From: Promethearchaeota archaeon
GTDB taxonomy: Archaea > Asgardarchaeota > Hermodarchaeia > Hermodarchaeales > Hermodarchaeaceae
Reading direction: 5' to 3'
Assembly: GCA_048939625.1 (NCBI GenBank)
Contig: JBHLPH010000008.1
Location: 1-64,000, forward strand
DNA length: 64,000 nucleotides
Both the position numbers and the translations under genes were made by a program. Positions 9,463 through 19,715 of the stretch are shown piece after piece. The notes beneath the pieces are model-generated. The model ran no database searches. It was not told where the DNA came from and saw only the letters and a list, made by a program, of their open reading frames with translations. Each line of letters starts with the position of its first letter. The first letter of the stretch is position 1.

Positions 9463-9996
9463 CTATCGCACTTGTATACTCGTACCTAGATCAATTTCGC
9501 CAAACATTTCTTGTTTTGCTTGGCAAATAGGGCATTTATGAGGGGCTTCTTCTCGAAAAGTAACATACCCACAGACTTTGCAATAGAAGAGTTTTCGGTT
9601 CGTGCCTGAAGATTTCATCGTTTCTGTTTGAGGAAGAGGTTGTTTAGACTCTATTCCTAAGGCTCGATCAATTTTTGCCTGGGAGCGTCTTTCAGGAATG
9701 GGTTCCATAGGTTTTATTCCATCATAGACCTCTTTGCTAACATAGAGAGCACAGAAGCATTGTCCATATTCTTCCACATCCGGGTCGCGATAGTCACAAG
9801 GACAAATAATGTCCCTATCCCATTCAAAATTCCCTGAAGCTAATCGACAGGGACACGATCCATAGCCGTACCTTTCTTCGTTTTCTTTCAATCCTTCGAG
9901 AAGGTTTTGGAGGAAATCAGGGTCAGGACATAGATACATGCCATTAGTTTTTGCATTGTTTTCTGCACGGCGTTTAATGTTCTCAATGGTGATCAT
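9463..9996 (-). CDS. Ferredoxin:thioredoxin reductase catalytic-subunit family (FDR) with C-terminal rubredoxin-like domain
   Basis: CPCR, CPCDY, CFC cluster/disulfide motifs; C-terminal CKVCGY...CPIC. Confidence 0.92.
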   Translation of the reverse strand: MITIENIKRRAENNAKTNGMYLCPDPDFLQNLLEGLKENEERYGYGSCPCRLASGNFEWDRDIICPCDYRDPDVEEYGQCFCALYVSKEVYDGIKPMEPIPERRSQAKIDRALGIESKQPLPQTETMKSSGTNRKLFYCKVCGYVTFREEAPHKCPICQAKQEMFGEIDLGTSIQVR

Positions 9997-10328
9997 AATC
10001 CCAACGCCTCAGTTATTTTATCCTTCTTGAAGCCGGTGATTATGGTTTTATCATCGATAATGATGGTGGGAAACGCGATGCGCCCTCCTCGTTTCTTTAT
10101 ATCTTGGTTGACAACTTCTTTATCAGCATGCTCTAGCTTGTCGACATCGACGTATTCGTATTCTACGCTTTTATCCACAAGGAAGGCTTTGGTCATTTTA
10201 CACCAGCCACAGGTGCTGAGCGCATAGAGGAGCACTTGATGGTCTTTACGATCGCCTTGAACTTTTTTACGTTCCATGAGAGTAACCCTCGGCACCCTCA
10301 TGCTTCGTGACTTTAAAAGAGTTATCAA
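9993..10328 (-). CDS. Glutaredoxin/NrdH-like redoxin (methanoredoxin-like); true start probably the ATG at 10277
   Basis: YALSTCGWCKMTK, FPTIII, GFKKD; 4-nt overlap with the FDR gene. Confidence 0.88.
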   Translation of the reverse strand: MITLLKSRSMRVPRVTLMERKKVQGDRKDHQVLLYALSTCGWCKMTKAFLVDKSVEYEYVDVDKLEHADKEVVNQDIKKRGGRIAFPTIIIDDKTIITGFKKDKITEALGL

Positions 10329-10435
10329 CTTGCGTGATATCTGAATAACCTATATTCTCAAGTTGAGTAGCTAACTCGATATATTCAAAACAGAGAAACC
10401 ATACTATGAAGAGTTCATGATGGTCTAACCGGAGT

Positions 10436-11827
10436 GTGTTCAAGGTGAAATTCGAAGTTATCAATTCCCCTGGGATTTCTCATAATAGCTATTTTTTTGC
10501 TGATCAAGGTGAAGCCTTTGTGGTGGATCCACGCCGTGATGCGAGTATCTATCTGAAAATGGCCCAAGAAGTCTGTGCGAAGATTCGTTATATCTTCGAA
10601 ACCCATCGCAACGAAGACTATGTTATCGGGTCTTTGGAGTTACAAAATCTCACTGAGGCTGAAATCGTTCACTGTGCGGAGACACCTTTCAAATACGGGG
10701 AACATCGAGTGAAAGATGGAGACACTTTTAACGTCAGCCGGTTTCGCATTGAAGTCCTGCATACTCCTGGACATACTGATGATAGCATCTGCTATCCAGT
10801 AGTAGATACAGCACAAAGTAATCGACCCTTCATGGTCTTTTCAGGAGACACGTTATTTGTTGGAGATGTTGGGCGAACGGATCTTCCAGGCCTTGATATA
10901 TGGGAAAAAATGACCGAGAAGCAATTTTACAGCCTCCATGAAAAACTACTTCCTCTCGGTGATGATGTCTTATTGTATCCCGCTCATGGTGCAGGTTCGA
11001 TTTGTGGTCATAAACTAAGTGATCGGGATTTCAGTACTATCGGTTATGAACGGCAGTACAATGAGATTCTTCAGCTCGATAAAATCGCGTTCATCAAATA
11101 TATGTTAAGCATTCAATTACGCCGTCCCCCGTATTTTCGAAAAATGGAAGACTACAACCTTAATGGCCCACCACTTCTTCAAAACGTACCAGTTCCTCAA
11201 GCTCTCACGGTTTCTGAGTTTGATAAAGCTATGAAACAATCAGACGCTATCGTCGTGGACACTCGAAATCCTGATGCATTCGCTTCCTCCCACATTCCAG
11301 GCTCCTTGAGCATCTGGCTCCAGGGGTTGTCCTTTTACCCCGGATGGACTCTAAATTATAGTCAGAAAATACTGCTGGTGTTAGAACGTGCCCAGGATCT
11401 GGCACTCGCTAAGCCGTTCCTCTGGCGGCTCGGCTACGATAACATCCACGGCTATCTCTGCCCGGGAATTGGTGCTTGGCGAAGTCAGGGGAAACCCACC
11501 TCACAAATTGGTGCCATCACTGCGAAACAGCTCAAAGAAAAACTTGACAAGAATGAGCTGACTCTTGTTGATGTTCGCTCAACACCTGAATGTGAAAGCG
11601 GGTTCGTTGAGAATTCCACATATATCTATGTAGGAGAACTAACTGATCACTTGGATAAAATTCCAAAAAATATGGCGTTAGCCACAACCTGCGCTACTGG
11701 ATTCCGAGGTAGCCTCGCCGCGAGTATCCTTCGAAGAAATGGATTTCCGGATGTTAGTAATGTGTTAGGCGGACTGAAAGCTTGGCAAACTCTTGGGTAT
11801 CCTTTATCACCAGAATGTCCAGTTTGA
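10436..11827 (+). CDS. MBL-fold hydrolase (persulfide dioxygenase-like) fused to two rhodanese domains
   Basis: ETHRNEDY, HTPGHT, SGDTLFVGDVGRTDL, PAHGAGSICG; rhodanese DVRS...CATGFRG. Confidence 0.9.
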   Translation: MFKVKFEVINSPGISHNSYFFADQGEAFVVDPRRDASIYLKMAQEVCAKIRYIFETHRNEDYVIGSLELQNLTEAEIVHCAETPFKYGEHRVKDGDTFNVSRFRIEVLHTPGHTDDSICYPVVDTAQSNRPFMVFSGDTLFVGDVGRTDLPGLDIWEKMTEKQFYSLHEKLLPLGDDVLLYPAHGAGSICGHKLSDRDFSTIGYERQYNEILQLDKIAFIKYMLSIQLRRPPYFRKMEDYNLNGPPLLQNVPVPQALTVSEFDKAMKQSDAIVVDTRNPDAFASSHIPGSLSIWLQGLSFYPGWTLNYSQKILLVLERAQDLALAKPFLWRLGYDNIHGYLCPGIGAWRSQGKPTSQIGAITAKQLKEKLDKNELTLVDVRSTPECESGFVENSTYIYVGELTDHLDKIPKNMALATTCATGFRGSLAASILRRNGFPDVSNVLGGLKAWQTLGYPLSPECPV

Positions 11828-11867
11828 GCCTTCGGCATTGGTTTACTTAGATATATCCTCTAACAGC

Positions 11868-13559
11868 CTAAGGGATGAAATAACCCAAGAAGAAGGCAAG
11901 GATTGCCACGACAATGGTTACAAGCAAGATGATTGGAAGCGCCCTGCGCATAACCGGGCCTTCCATACCCTTTGCATCAATGACCGCGGCAGCGTTTTGC
12001 AACTTCGCGGGCGAGAGCACACTTGCTAATCCACCACCAATTCCTGAACTAGCCCCAACGATTAGTGGTTGAGCACCAATCGCTGAAGCAGTCAATTGGT
12101 GGTATGGCTGAAACATGACTATTGTTGAAGTTTCGCTTCCACTGACAAATCCCCCAAGAAGACCAAGAAACGCTGCAGTTATGGGATATAACGGACCAAA
12201 GGAAACAGCGGTCGCAAAGGAGAGGACATAAATCATGTTCCATTCAGGGATGAATTCTGAGGCACGGAGCCAAGAGCCATCAGTAGCAATTACACTCCCG
12301 GAATAAATGAGAATGTACGCTAGGGCAAAGAAAATGGCGGCGGAGAGGAAAGGGCGCCAGACACGGTGAATCCAAGTGCTTAAGGTTTCTCGGACTTCAA
12401 CCTTAAATGTCGAGACCCGATTTTGAGATCGTGCGATGAAGGCGTCGATGAGAATTGCTAGGAGTGTGGCGATGAGGACCCAAAAATAAGCATTCCATAA
12501 AAATCGTGTATTGATAGTGATAATGCCAATGGTGATGGGAAAGGTAAGGGTGTTGAAGAAAAGGTCATAAATGGGGGGTATAAGATTGACAAGGAAGCAG
12601 AAGAATATGAGAATGAGCCAGGGTGCCATGGCTTGAAGGAGGCTCATGGATTCGATGACCGGTTGGTCTTCCTCCGTAAGGATACTCTTATCAACAAGAC
12701 GAAGACCGCGGAGCTTTGAGTATACTAGCATTGCCCCGATCACTGCGAGTCCTGCAAAAATATTGGTTAATGGTGTAAGACGAACCCAGATGAGATTACA
12801 TAAATAGCAGACCATTCCAGCGATGATTCCGGTCGTTAAAGCGAGTCCCAGGGCTTCGCGATTGAATAGAAGATTCCGTCCGCCTGCCAACCATAGCATG
12901 GCAAGGGCGATACCCGTAGCAACAACAGGCATGTACAGTGAGAAAATGTGTCCTGACATAAACAGAGGTTCCACTCCCGGATATCGGGTAGCCCAATAGT
13001 CTCCAGGAACCACATCCGAAAAAACTAAAACAGGAATTCCCAGAAGAGCATACGTGGTGAGGGGATCGTAACCGATGGACGGGAGCATGACAGATACGAG
13101 TGGAGAAAACCCCATCGCGAGCATGACCGGAGGGAGCATGCTTACTGGTGTAGCCCCTAATCCAACAAGGAAAAGTCCTAAGCCCACATTAATGAGCATG
13201 ATTTGTATGGCCTTGTTCCCTGACCCTAAGGTTTTGAAGAAGACAGTAATTCGGGATAACGCTCCAGTTCGCACCATGTAAGTGATCATGAGAATTGAAG
13301 TAATGACCATGAGTGAAATAGGAAACGATGCTATGATGCCAGCAACGCTTGCTAGCACGGCAAGGATGGGATTCGTACCAAAACAGAGAATCGCGATTAA
13401 AAATCCAAGAAGAAATGCTGCAACTCCTACTTTATCAGCTGACCAACGACGAAAGACAAGCAGATACAAAGCGAGTATAATTGGTAGTAGAATCAGTGCT
13501 GTTCCAAGCAGGGGATTTGTAGCAACAAAAAGAGTAAGTGGTAACACCATGTCCATCAA
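11868..13559 (-). CDS. L-lactate permease family transporter
   Basis: Many TMs; GLLGGFVSGSETS and SPAKLQNAAA motifs typical of LctP. Confidence 0.8.
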   Translation of the reverse strand: MMDMVLPLTLFVATNPLLGTALILLPIILALYLLVFRRWSADKVGVAAFLLGFLIAILCFGTNPILAVLASVAGIIASFPISLMVITSILMITYMVRTGALSRITVFFKTLGSGNKAIQIMLINVGLGLFLVGLGATPVSMLPPVMLAMGFSPLVSVMLPSIGYDPLTTYALLGIPVLVFSDVVPGDYWATRYPGVEPLFMSGHIFSLYMPVVATGIALAMLWLAGGRNLLFNREALGLALTTGIIAGMVCYLCNLIWVRLTPLTNIFAGLAVIGAMLVYSKLRGLRLVDKSILTEEDQPVIESMSLLQAMAPWLILIFFCFLVNLIPPIYDLFFNTLTFPITIGIITINTRFLWNAYFWVLIATLLAILIDAFIARSQNRVSTFKVEVRETLSTWIHRVWRPFLSAAIFFALAYILIYSGSVIATDGSWLRASEFIPEWNMIYVLSFATAVSFGPLYPITAAFLGLLGGFVSGSETSTIVMFQPYHQLTASAIGAQPLIVGASSGIGGGLASVLSPAKLQNAAAVIDAKGMEGPVMRRALPIILLVTIVVAILAFFLGYFIP

Positions 13560-13703
13560 CTCATGAGGTTCTCGAGCTCTTGTGCTTTTCGCGTGCTTTT
13601 TTCCTATATAACTACCATACGTTTCCCGCTTAATTGTAATAACCTGTAAAACCCTATGTATTTTTAAGATAGTTCAAGGCGAACTCACGACCACGTGATA
13701 ACC

Positions 13704-14255
13704 ATGTCCGAAATGGAAGTCCCTATGTGGATAAGAGCCCTCGATATAATCATCGGAATCATCATGGTGGTCCTAGGTCTATGGGTGATCTGGGGCATCT
13801 TTGTTCCCTCAGTTCTCGTCGGCTTAGTAGTCATGCAAATCCTCGGAATCATCCTACTTATCTGGGGTATTTGGCAAATTATCAAAATCTTCATGTACAA
13901 AGAAGCATCAGGTGTAGTGAAAATACTATTTCTCCTTGGTGGTCTTCTCCTCATTATCTTCGGTGCAATTGCCATCGCGGATCCTCTGCTTACTGCAGGT
14001 CTTGCTGGTCTCCTCTTTGCTATCGGATTGCTCATTTATGGCTTTCTGATTCTTATCGCTGGTTTCATGGCTAGCGATGCTGGCTGGCAACGTTGGCTAG
14101 CTGTCGTTCTGGGAATTTTCCTAGTCATTCTTGCAGCGTTCTTCTTGTTTAACTGGCTTCTTGCCTATGGTACATTGCTCATCTTCTTTGCCATTGGGTT
14201 ACTCATCGGCGGATTCGTTCGCATGGTCTACGGCTTCAATGGCTCCTATTACTAG
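13704..14255 (+). CDS. HdeD/DUF308-like membrane protein, paralog 1
   Basis: Repeated Gly-rich TM hairpins; ATG start after GTGA SD. Confidence 0.7.
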   Translation: MSEMEVPMWIRALDIIIGIIMVVLGLWVIWGIFVPSVLVGLVVMQILGIILLIWGIWQIIKIFMYKEASGVVKILFLLGGLLLIIFGAIAIADPLLTAGLAGLLFAIGLLIYGFLILIAGFMASDAGWQRWLAVVLGIFLVILAAFFLFNWLLAYGTLLIFFAIGLLIGGFVRMVYGFNGSYY

Positions 14256-14282
14256 ACTAGACCTCACTGCAATGGAATCGGT

Positions 14283-14320
14283 GATTCTCATCACGAGAAT
14301 CCCCTTCTCCTCTTTTTTTT
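14283..14320 (+). terminator. Hairpin plus T-tract
   Basis: GATTCTC-ATCAC-GAGAATC followed by a pyrimidine tract and T8. Confidence 0.6.
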
Positions 14321-14385
14321 AACTTAATGCAAAATCCGAATCTATTTAAGGAGTAAACGCGCGATGCCCCTGTCACGTGATAACC

Positions 14386-14928
14386 ATGCCTGAACAAGCA
14401 CAATGGTTACGCATACTGGATATAATACTTGGATTGATTGCTATACTCTTCGGAGCCCTGCTCTTCATCATCCCAGGATTTATCATTGTCTACGGAATTG
14501 GTATGATTCTCGGGATAGGACTAATAATCCTCGGTATCTGGCAGATTGCCAAGATATTCTTGGCAAAGGAAATTGATATGCAAGCTCGAATCATTAGCAT
14601 GATTATCGGTCTTCTAATGGTGATTTTCGGTGCACTGTTCATTGCCGCGCCTTCCTTTTTCCCAACGCTTCTAGTGTATATCCTCTCAGGGGCAATTCTC
14701 ATTATTGGACTCTTTCTCCTGGTCCAAGGAGCAATGGGCAAGGAAATGAAGCAGTGGATACGCATTCTCTATATCATCTTTGGAATCATTGCCATCGGTA
14801 TTGCCGTCCCCGCCTTTATCTTACCTGCGACTTGGGGAATTGATTTGGTGTCAATTGCAGTTTCAATTGCACTGATTTTCTTTGGAGCCCTGCGACTCTT
14901 AGTAGGACTCACTGGCGACTACACTTAG
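14386..14928 (+). CDS. HdeD/DUF308-like membrane protein, paralog 2
   Basis: Similar to paralog 1 (WxRxLDIIxG, GIWQIxKIF); identical 15-bp start context CACGTGATAACCATG. Confidence 0.7.
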   Translation: MPEQAQWLRILDIILGLIAILFGALLFIIPGFIIVYGIGMILGIGLIILGIWQIAKIFLAKEIDMQARIISMIIGLLMVIFGALFIAAPSFFPTLLVYILSGAILIIGLFLLVQGAMGKEMKQWIRILYIIFGIIAIGIAVPAFILPATWGIDLVSIAVSIALIFFGALRLLVGLTGDYT

Positions 14929-14962
14929 TAAGACCAATTAATAGTCCATTACAACGCAAAGA

Positions 14963-15003
14963 GGCTGAACTCAAATGAGTTTGGCCTTCTCTTTTTTTAT
15001 TTA
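14963..15003 (+). terminator. Hairpin plus T-tract
   Basis: GGCTGAACTCA-AA-TGAGTTTGGCC followed by TTCTCTTTTTTT. Confidence 0.6.
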
Positions 15004-15104
15004 TGCTTGTGTTCTCTGAATAAGAACTCTTAGCTTCCATAAAGAACAAAAGGAGAAGACCCCCATTCACCTTTATCTTTGATTTCATTGGAGGCATTTT
15101 CTGG

Positions 15105-16415
15105 TTGACAGAAAAATTTGACATTATCGTTGTAGGTGCAGGAATCCTCGGGGTCGCTACAGCTTACTATCTTCAAAAGAATAGTCCAGATAAAACCATA
15201 CTCCTCGTCGATAAGCTCCCAGACGCAGGACAGGCAAATACAGCTATGAGTGCTGCTGCGATTCGGAACATGTTCTCTTCCTCAACGAATCAGTTACTCA
15301 CTGACACGAGCATCGATTTCTTCCGGCACATTCAAGAAGAGCTGAAATTCGACTTAACGCTTCATTTCTGCGGATACTTATGGCTGCTGAGCAATTCGCA
15401 ATTTAATGAACCTAGTGTTCAAAATTGGATGCAACGCATGGAAGCAAACAATATTGCCTATCGTGCCATTGAAAAAACTGAACTTAAGAAAGTCCTCCCA
15501 AGCCTCGTCACCGATTTCTCTAACGATGATGAGGCTGAAATCATGAAGCTGAACCCTGTTGACTATGCGCTCTTTGGTGCTGAATGCGGGGTTTTAGATC
15601 CAAGTCTCTTAGTCCAATTCTATAAGGACGAATTTCTGAAACTCACCAAGGTAAAACCAAGATTCAATTTAACTGTGAATAAGTTGCTCTTGGAAGCAGA
15701 GCCGCCCCTTGGGGTTCCTGGTGAGCCCTTTGTTTGGCAAAATAAACAAATTACAGGCATTCAGTCTTCCCAAGGCACAATACAAGCTGACAAAGTGGTG
15801 CTTGCCGTGGGTCCCTGGACCAACTCTCTTCTGGACCCCGTTGGTATACCTAGCTATGTGAAAGCAAAGAAACGCCAGCTATTCATCATTGCAGGTAGTG
15901 ATCACCCTCCTCTCGAAGAATTACTTTTCACTAAAGAATTCAGTGACGCAGGGTTCATGCCATTCACAATTCTTCCATCAGGAGGAGTTTACATGCGAGG
16001 AGTTCCTGAAGAAAAATCCTTCTGGATTGGCTGCGCTGATAAGGTGGGACGTGCCTACAAGTACAACATGGAAGATGACGATTACAACGCTGAACGCGCT
16101 TATTATGAACAGAGCATTTATCCCGTACTCAGCAAATACTTCCCATCTTTTGCCAATCTTCGCCCCACTAATATGTGGGCAGGTGCCTACTCCTATTCTG
16201 TTGATGCGATTCCATTGGTTTATGAACATTCGGGTGTCATAGTGGTAACAGGTGCCAGCGGATCCGGGATTATGAAAGCCGATGCCATTGCCCGAATGGC
16301 AGACGCCCTATATCGTAATGAAACTAATGCAGAATTATTCGGTGGACGCACAATAGCTGCAACCTCACTCGGTCTCACCCATCGAAGGGTTGAACGGGAA
16401 AACGTCTTAATCTAG
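15105..16415 (+). CDS. FAD-dependent oxidoreductase (DAO/sarcosine oxidase beta/proline dehydrogenase family)
   Basis: DIIVVGAGILG Rossmann motif, VVLAVGPW, WAGAY, GASGSGIMKA. Confidence 0.88.
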   Translation: MTEKFDIIVVGAGILGVATAYYLQKNSPDKTILLVDKLPDAGQANTAMSAAAIRNMFSSSTNQLLTDTSIDFFRHIQEELKFDLTLHFCGYLWLLSNSQFNEPSVQNWMQRMEANNIAYRAIEKTELKKVLPSLVTDFSNDDEAEIMKLNPVDYALFGAECGVLDPSLLVQFYKDEFLKLTKVKPRFNLTVNKLLLEAEPPLGVPGEPFVWQNKQITGIQSSQGTIQADKVVLAVGPWTNSLLDPVGIPSYVKAKKRQLFIIAGSDHPPLEELLFTKEFSDAGFMPFTILPSGGVYMRGVPEEKSFWIGCADKVGRAYKYNMEDDDYNAERAYYEQSIYPVLSKYFPSFANLRPTNMWAGAYSYSVDAIPLVYEHSGVIVVTGASGSGIMKADAIARMADALYRNETNAELFGGRTIAATSLGLTHRRVERENVLI

Positions 16416-16442
16416 CTTGTTAGAAATTCTATTGGTGAATCA

Positions 16443-17066
16443 ATGCAAGAACTTATTCTTGTACGTCATGGACAATCAGTTCATCATGTTCAAGGTCTTA
16501 CTGGAGGATGGACGAACACACCTCTCACCGAATTAGGACGGCAACAAGCTCAACTTACCGGACAAGAACTAAAGAAGCTACTTCCAAATTCGTCCGTTGC
16601 TTTTTATTCCAGTGATTTAGAGCGTGCATTGCAGACTGCACAGATTATTGGTTCAATTATAGGAATTTCTCCAATTGCTGTAGAGGCGTTACGTGAATTG
16701 CATTGGGGAATCGCTGTGGATATGACACTTGATGAGGCTCGAAAATTGGAGCAGAAAAGAACGGAGCCATTACTTGATTGGGTTCCTTTTCCTGAGGCTG
16801 AGAGCTGGCGCATGCTTCATGAGAGAATAACACCTTTCCTCGAAAAACTCGATAGGATGGAACTTGGTACTGTTCTGATTGTTAGTCATGGAAACGCGAT
16901 TGAAGAATGTATCTTCTGGTGGCTGGAGTTTCCCCTTGAACTGAGGCGCAAGCTTTCCTTTATGGTGGACCCCTGCAGCATCACACATCTATGCACGAAT
17001 GATTGGCAACAGAAAGTCTTAGCGTTCACAAATCGTGTCAACCATCTTCAATCTCTCTCCTCTTAA
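16443..17066 (+). CDS. Histidine phosphatase (phosphoglycerate mutase family)
   Basis: LVRHGQS, SSDLERA, LRE, IVSHG. Confidence 0.92.
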   Translation: MQELILVRHGQSVHHVQGLTGGWTNTPLTELGRQQAQLTGQELKKLLPNSSVAFYSSDLERALQTAQIIGSIIGISPIAVEALRELHWGIAVDMTLDEARKLEQKRTEPLLDWVPFPEAESWRMLHERITPFLEKLDRMELGTVLIVSHGNAIEECIFWWLEFPLELRRKLSFMVDPCSITHLCTNDWQQKVLAFTNRVNHLQSLSS

Positions 17067-17168
17067 TTTCCGATTATATCTGGAATTCTTTCTAGGGTGT
17101 GCCTTACCGCAATCTTTTTAGGAATCACATCGGCTTTGACCTTCTATCCTCATTGAGGGTGACAGATC

Positions 17169-19091
17169 GTGCGTCGCCAAATCCTAGGACTATCGTTACT
17201 CGTTATCATTCTCACGTTAACACTATCGCCTACTCTGTTCGGGTATACACCCACAGGACCGGCCGTAGTTACCGCAGGTCCACCACTCCCAGGACCTACA
17301 GACTTGAATGCCACAACTCCACTTGTTTCCAACGAGCCTTACACACCTGCAAATCCAAATGGAAACTCATCTCTCCTAAACGTCCTTGTACTATTAGTGA
17401 ATGCTTCGGATATTGGCGAATGTAGAGATGGCGATCTCACTGTTCACAAGTTCCGAGTCCATAATAACACCAATGACGCGCTGATGTTTGAAGACGACCT
17501 CGGTTATATCTCAGGCAAAGGATGGACCGTGGAGAACTATTCATTATTAACTGCTGGACTACCGATTGGATACTTTTACTATGTGCGCTGTTACTTTGAA
17601 AGGTATAATGGAATTGAGACATGGACAAATACAACAAAAGCTTCGATTCCATTCATATATCAGTATAGTATCACTGCTGCCATCCCAGATTACACCTACA
17701 TTGGTGATACTTCTGATACAATTGATGTCAGTATTGAGCATATCTCCAGTTCGGTTTGGGGGGCACTCAATGAAGCGAATACTACTCTGATATTTCAGAA
17801 CGTTGATAACGCGACAGATATCACACAGTTTCAAAATATCCTTATCTATAATGTTTCCAGTACAAATTGGGAAGTCGACGAGTTAAACATCTCTGTGCTC
17901 ATCCCAGGTCAATCCTATAAGATTCGTGTTGGAGCAAATTACTCCTTACGATATCCGTTTCATGAGGGGCTTGGGGGAGTTTCGGATGCCTTCACTTTCA
18001 GAGGACCTTACCTTCGAGTAGCTCAACCCCAAATCATCTATGTTGGACGTGGTATTCAGGCGCTCAACATTACCATCGATTGGGTCTGGCATTCAATCTT
18101 TGGATATCTTAGTGACATAGATGTTGATATATCGAATTTCAGCATCAGTCTTTCAACCGGAACAGCTGGGATAGTGCTTAACGGAACCTTGAACTGGAAC
18201 GCCGCTGAATCGAATTGGTATTTTGCTCCTTTCAATGTGAGTTTCTATGTCGAGCAAGGCGATATGCTGATTGGGGAATCGTACAATGTCAGTGCTTACT
18301 TCAACTCGCCTGCCCGAAGTGGACGACCTGCTGTGAACAATACGAGTCCCTTTTCTGATCCCTTCCTCATTGACTTTGATCCTCCAACAATCGAAGATGT
18401 CTACCTGAATCCGACTGCACCCACGGATGACCATTGGGTAGTGGTGACTGGAGACATCTCCGATGATGCGTTAATTGATACAGTAATTCTAAGTTACTAT
18501 AACGGTTCTCAGTGGATTAACGTAACCATGTCTGGCAGACCTAGCAAACAGGCTAACTTCACAGCTGCGATACCACCTTTCCCAGAACGGGCGGTTATTG
18601 ATTACAAGCTTTATGTGAATGACACACAAAACGCTTGGGACAATATCACATTGCAATATACTGTTGCAGATTCCCCTCCTGTGATTTCCTTCATTAACTA
18701 TCTCCCACGAAATCCCACGACAAATAATCCAGTTACCATCAATGCAACGGTTATAGACGGAACAGGGGTCAGTAGTGTACAACTTCAGTATTCGTATGAT
18801 GGAATTATTTGGCTTCCACCTCAGGATATGACTAGCGTGGGTAATGACGTCTACCAGGTTGTGCTTCCGCCTTACCCTCAACTCCTACAAAGCCATGAAT
18901 TCCGCGCTGTACTATTCCGAATTAGTGCGACAGATGTGTATGATAATATTAGGGAATCAGCAAACCTTGCATACCAAGTTCAGGGCACATTACCCACTTT
19001 AAATCCTGCAAATACTTTACTCATCATCGCCTTCGTTGGTATTGCCGGTGTCGCCATAATTCTTCTGTACAAAGTCTATGAACAATACTAA
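17169..19091 (+). CDS. Secreted/cell-surface glycoprotein with Ig-like C-terminal repeats and TM anchor
   Basis: Signal peptide, many N-x-S/T sequons, repeated DxxPP-I...V.L.Y beta modules, C-terminal TM. Confidence 0.75.
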   Translation: MRRQILGLSLLVIILTLTLSPTLFGYTPTGPAVVTAGPPLPGPTDLNATTPLVSNEPYTPANPNGNSSLLNVLVLLVNASDIGECRDGDLTVHKFRVHNNTNDALMFEDDLGYISGKGWTVENYSLLTAGLPIGYFYYVRCYFERYNGIETWTNTTKASIPFIYQYSITAAIPDYTYIGDTSDTIDVSIEHISSSVWGALNEANTTLIFQNVDNATDITQFQNILIYNVSSTNWEVDELNISVLIPGQSYKIRVGANYSLRYPFHEGLGGVSDAFTFRGPYLRVAQPQIIYVGRGIQALNITIDWVWHSIFGYLSDIDVDISNFSISLSTGTAGIVLNGTLNWNAAESNWYFAPFNVSFYVEQGDMLIGESYNVSAYFNSPARSGRPAVNNTSPFSDPFLIDFDPPTIEDVYLNPTAPTDDHWVVVTGDISDDALIDTVILSYYNGSQWINVTMSGRPSKQANFTAAIPPFPERAVIDYKLYVNDTQNAWDNITLQYTVADSPPVISFINYLPRNPTTNNPVTINATVIDGTGVSSVQLQYSYDGIIWLPPQDMTSVGNDVYQVVLPPYPQLLQSHEFRAVLFRISATDVYDNIRESANLAYQVQGTLPTLNPANTLLIIAFVGIAGVAIILLYKVYEQY

Positions 19092-19301
19092 CCGTGACAG
19101 CCTCTCTTTGAACTGCTGTCTCGGTCCCTCCTTCTTTATTTTAGGTTCTCACAGTCCGTTGCCAATTACGCAATTTCAACTGTGAGCCGAATCAAAGGCA
19201 CAAAACCTTTTTAATAATCGAAACCGATTTTTGTTTAAGGCAGAGACGGTGTGAAAGCAGGGGAAAGACTACTCTGTATAACGCTTCTCTGCGTAAGGTG
19301 A

Positions 19302-19631
19302 ATGCCTGTGATTGTACTCGAATACCAAGATGGAACATTTGTCGAATCAAAACAAGGTTCAAGCGGTATCCGTTGTGAAGTCGACAAAACCACGAAGAAA
19401 ATCCGAATGATTATGCCTCAGGGTTCTGGCCTCGTTGAAAGACGAACAGCATTACGACTGGCAGACACTGTTGCGCGGAGTGGATATCTACTTTCAACCG
19501 GTGAACGAATCGGCCAGGGGTTCGAACTCGTCATCGATGAAAAAGGCACTGCAATTCCTGATCGACTCAAACAAAGTCCACGAATCAGCTACAGCTCAGT
19601 TACTGTCGGCAGTGTTGTGGATAAGAAGTAA
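19302..19631 (+). CDS. Small protein, putative divergent single gelsolin-like domain
   Basis: Pattern EVDKTTKKIRMIMPQGSGLVERRTALRLADTV...FELVIDEKG parallels the gelsolin-repeat pattern (iLD...iyvW.G..s...E+..A...A...i..v.eG); AAGGTGA SD. Confidence 0.45.
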   Translation: MPVIVLEYQDGTFVESKQGSSGIRCEVDKTTKKIRMIMPQGSGLVERRTALRLADTVARSGYLLSTGERIGQGFELVIDEKGTAIPDRLKQSPRISYSSVTVGSVVDKK

Positions 19632-19715
19632 GCAGTACTCCGTACAATAGCACTCTGTCAATTTGACACAAAAGAACGAGCTCGGAAAACATCCCATGAT
19701 ATCGAGGTGAATGAT

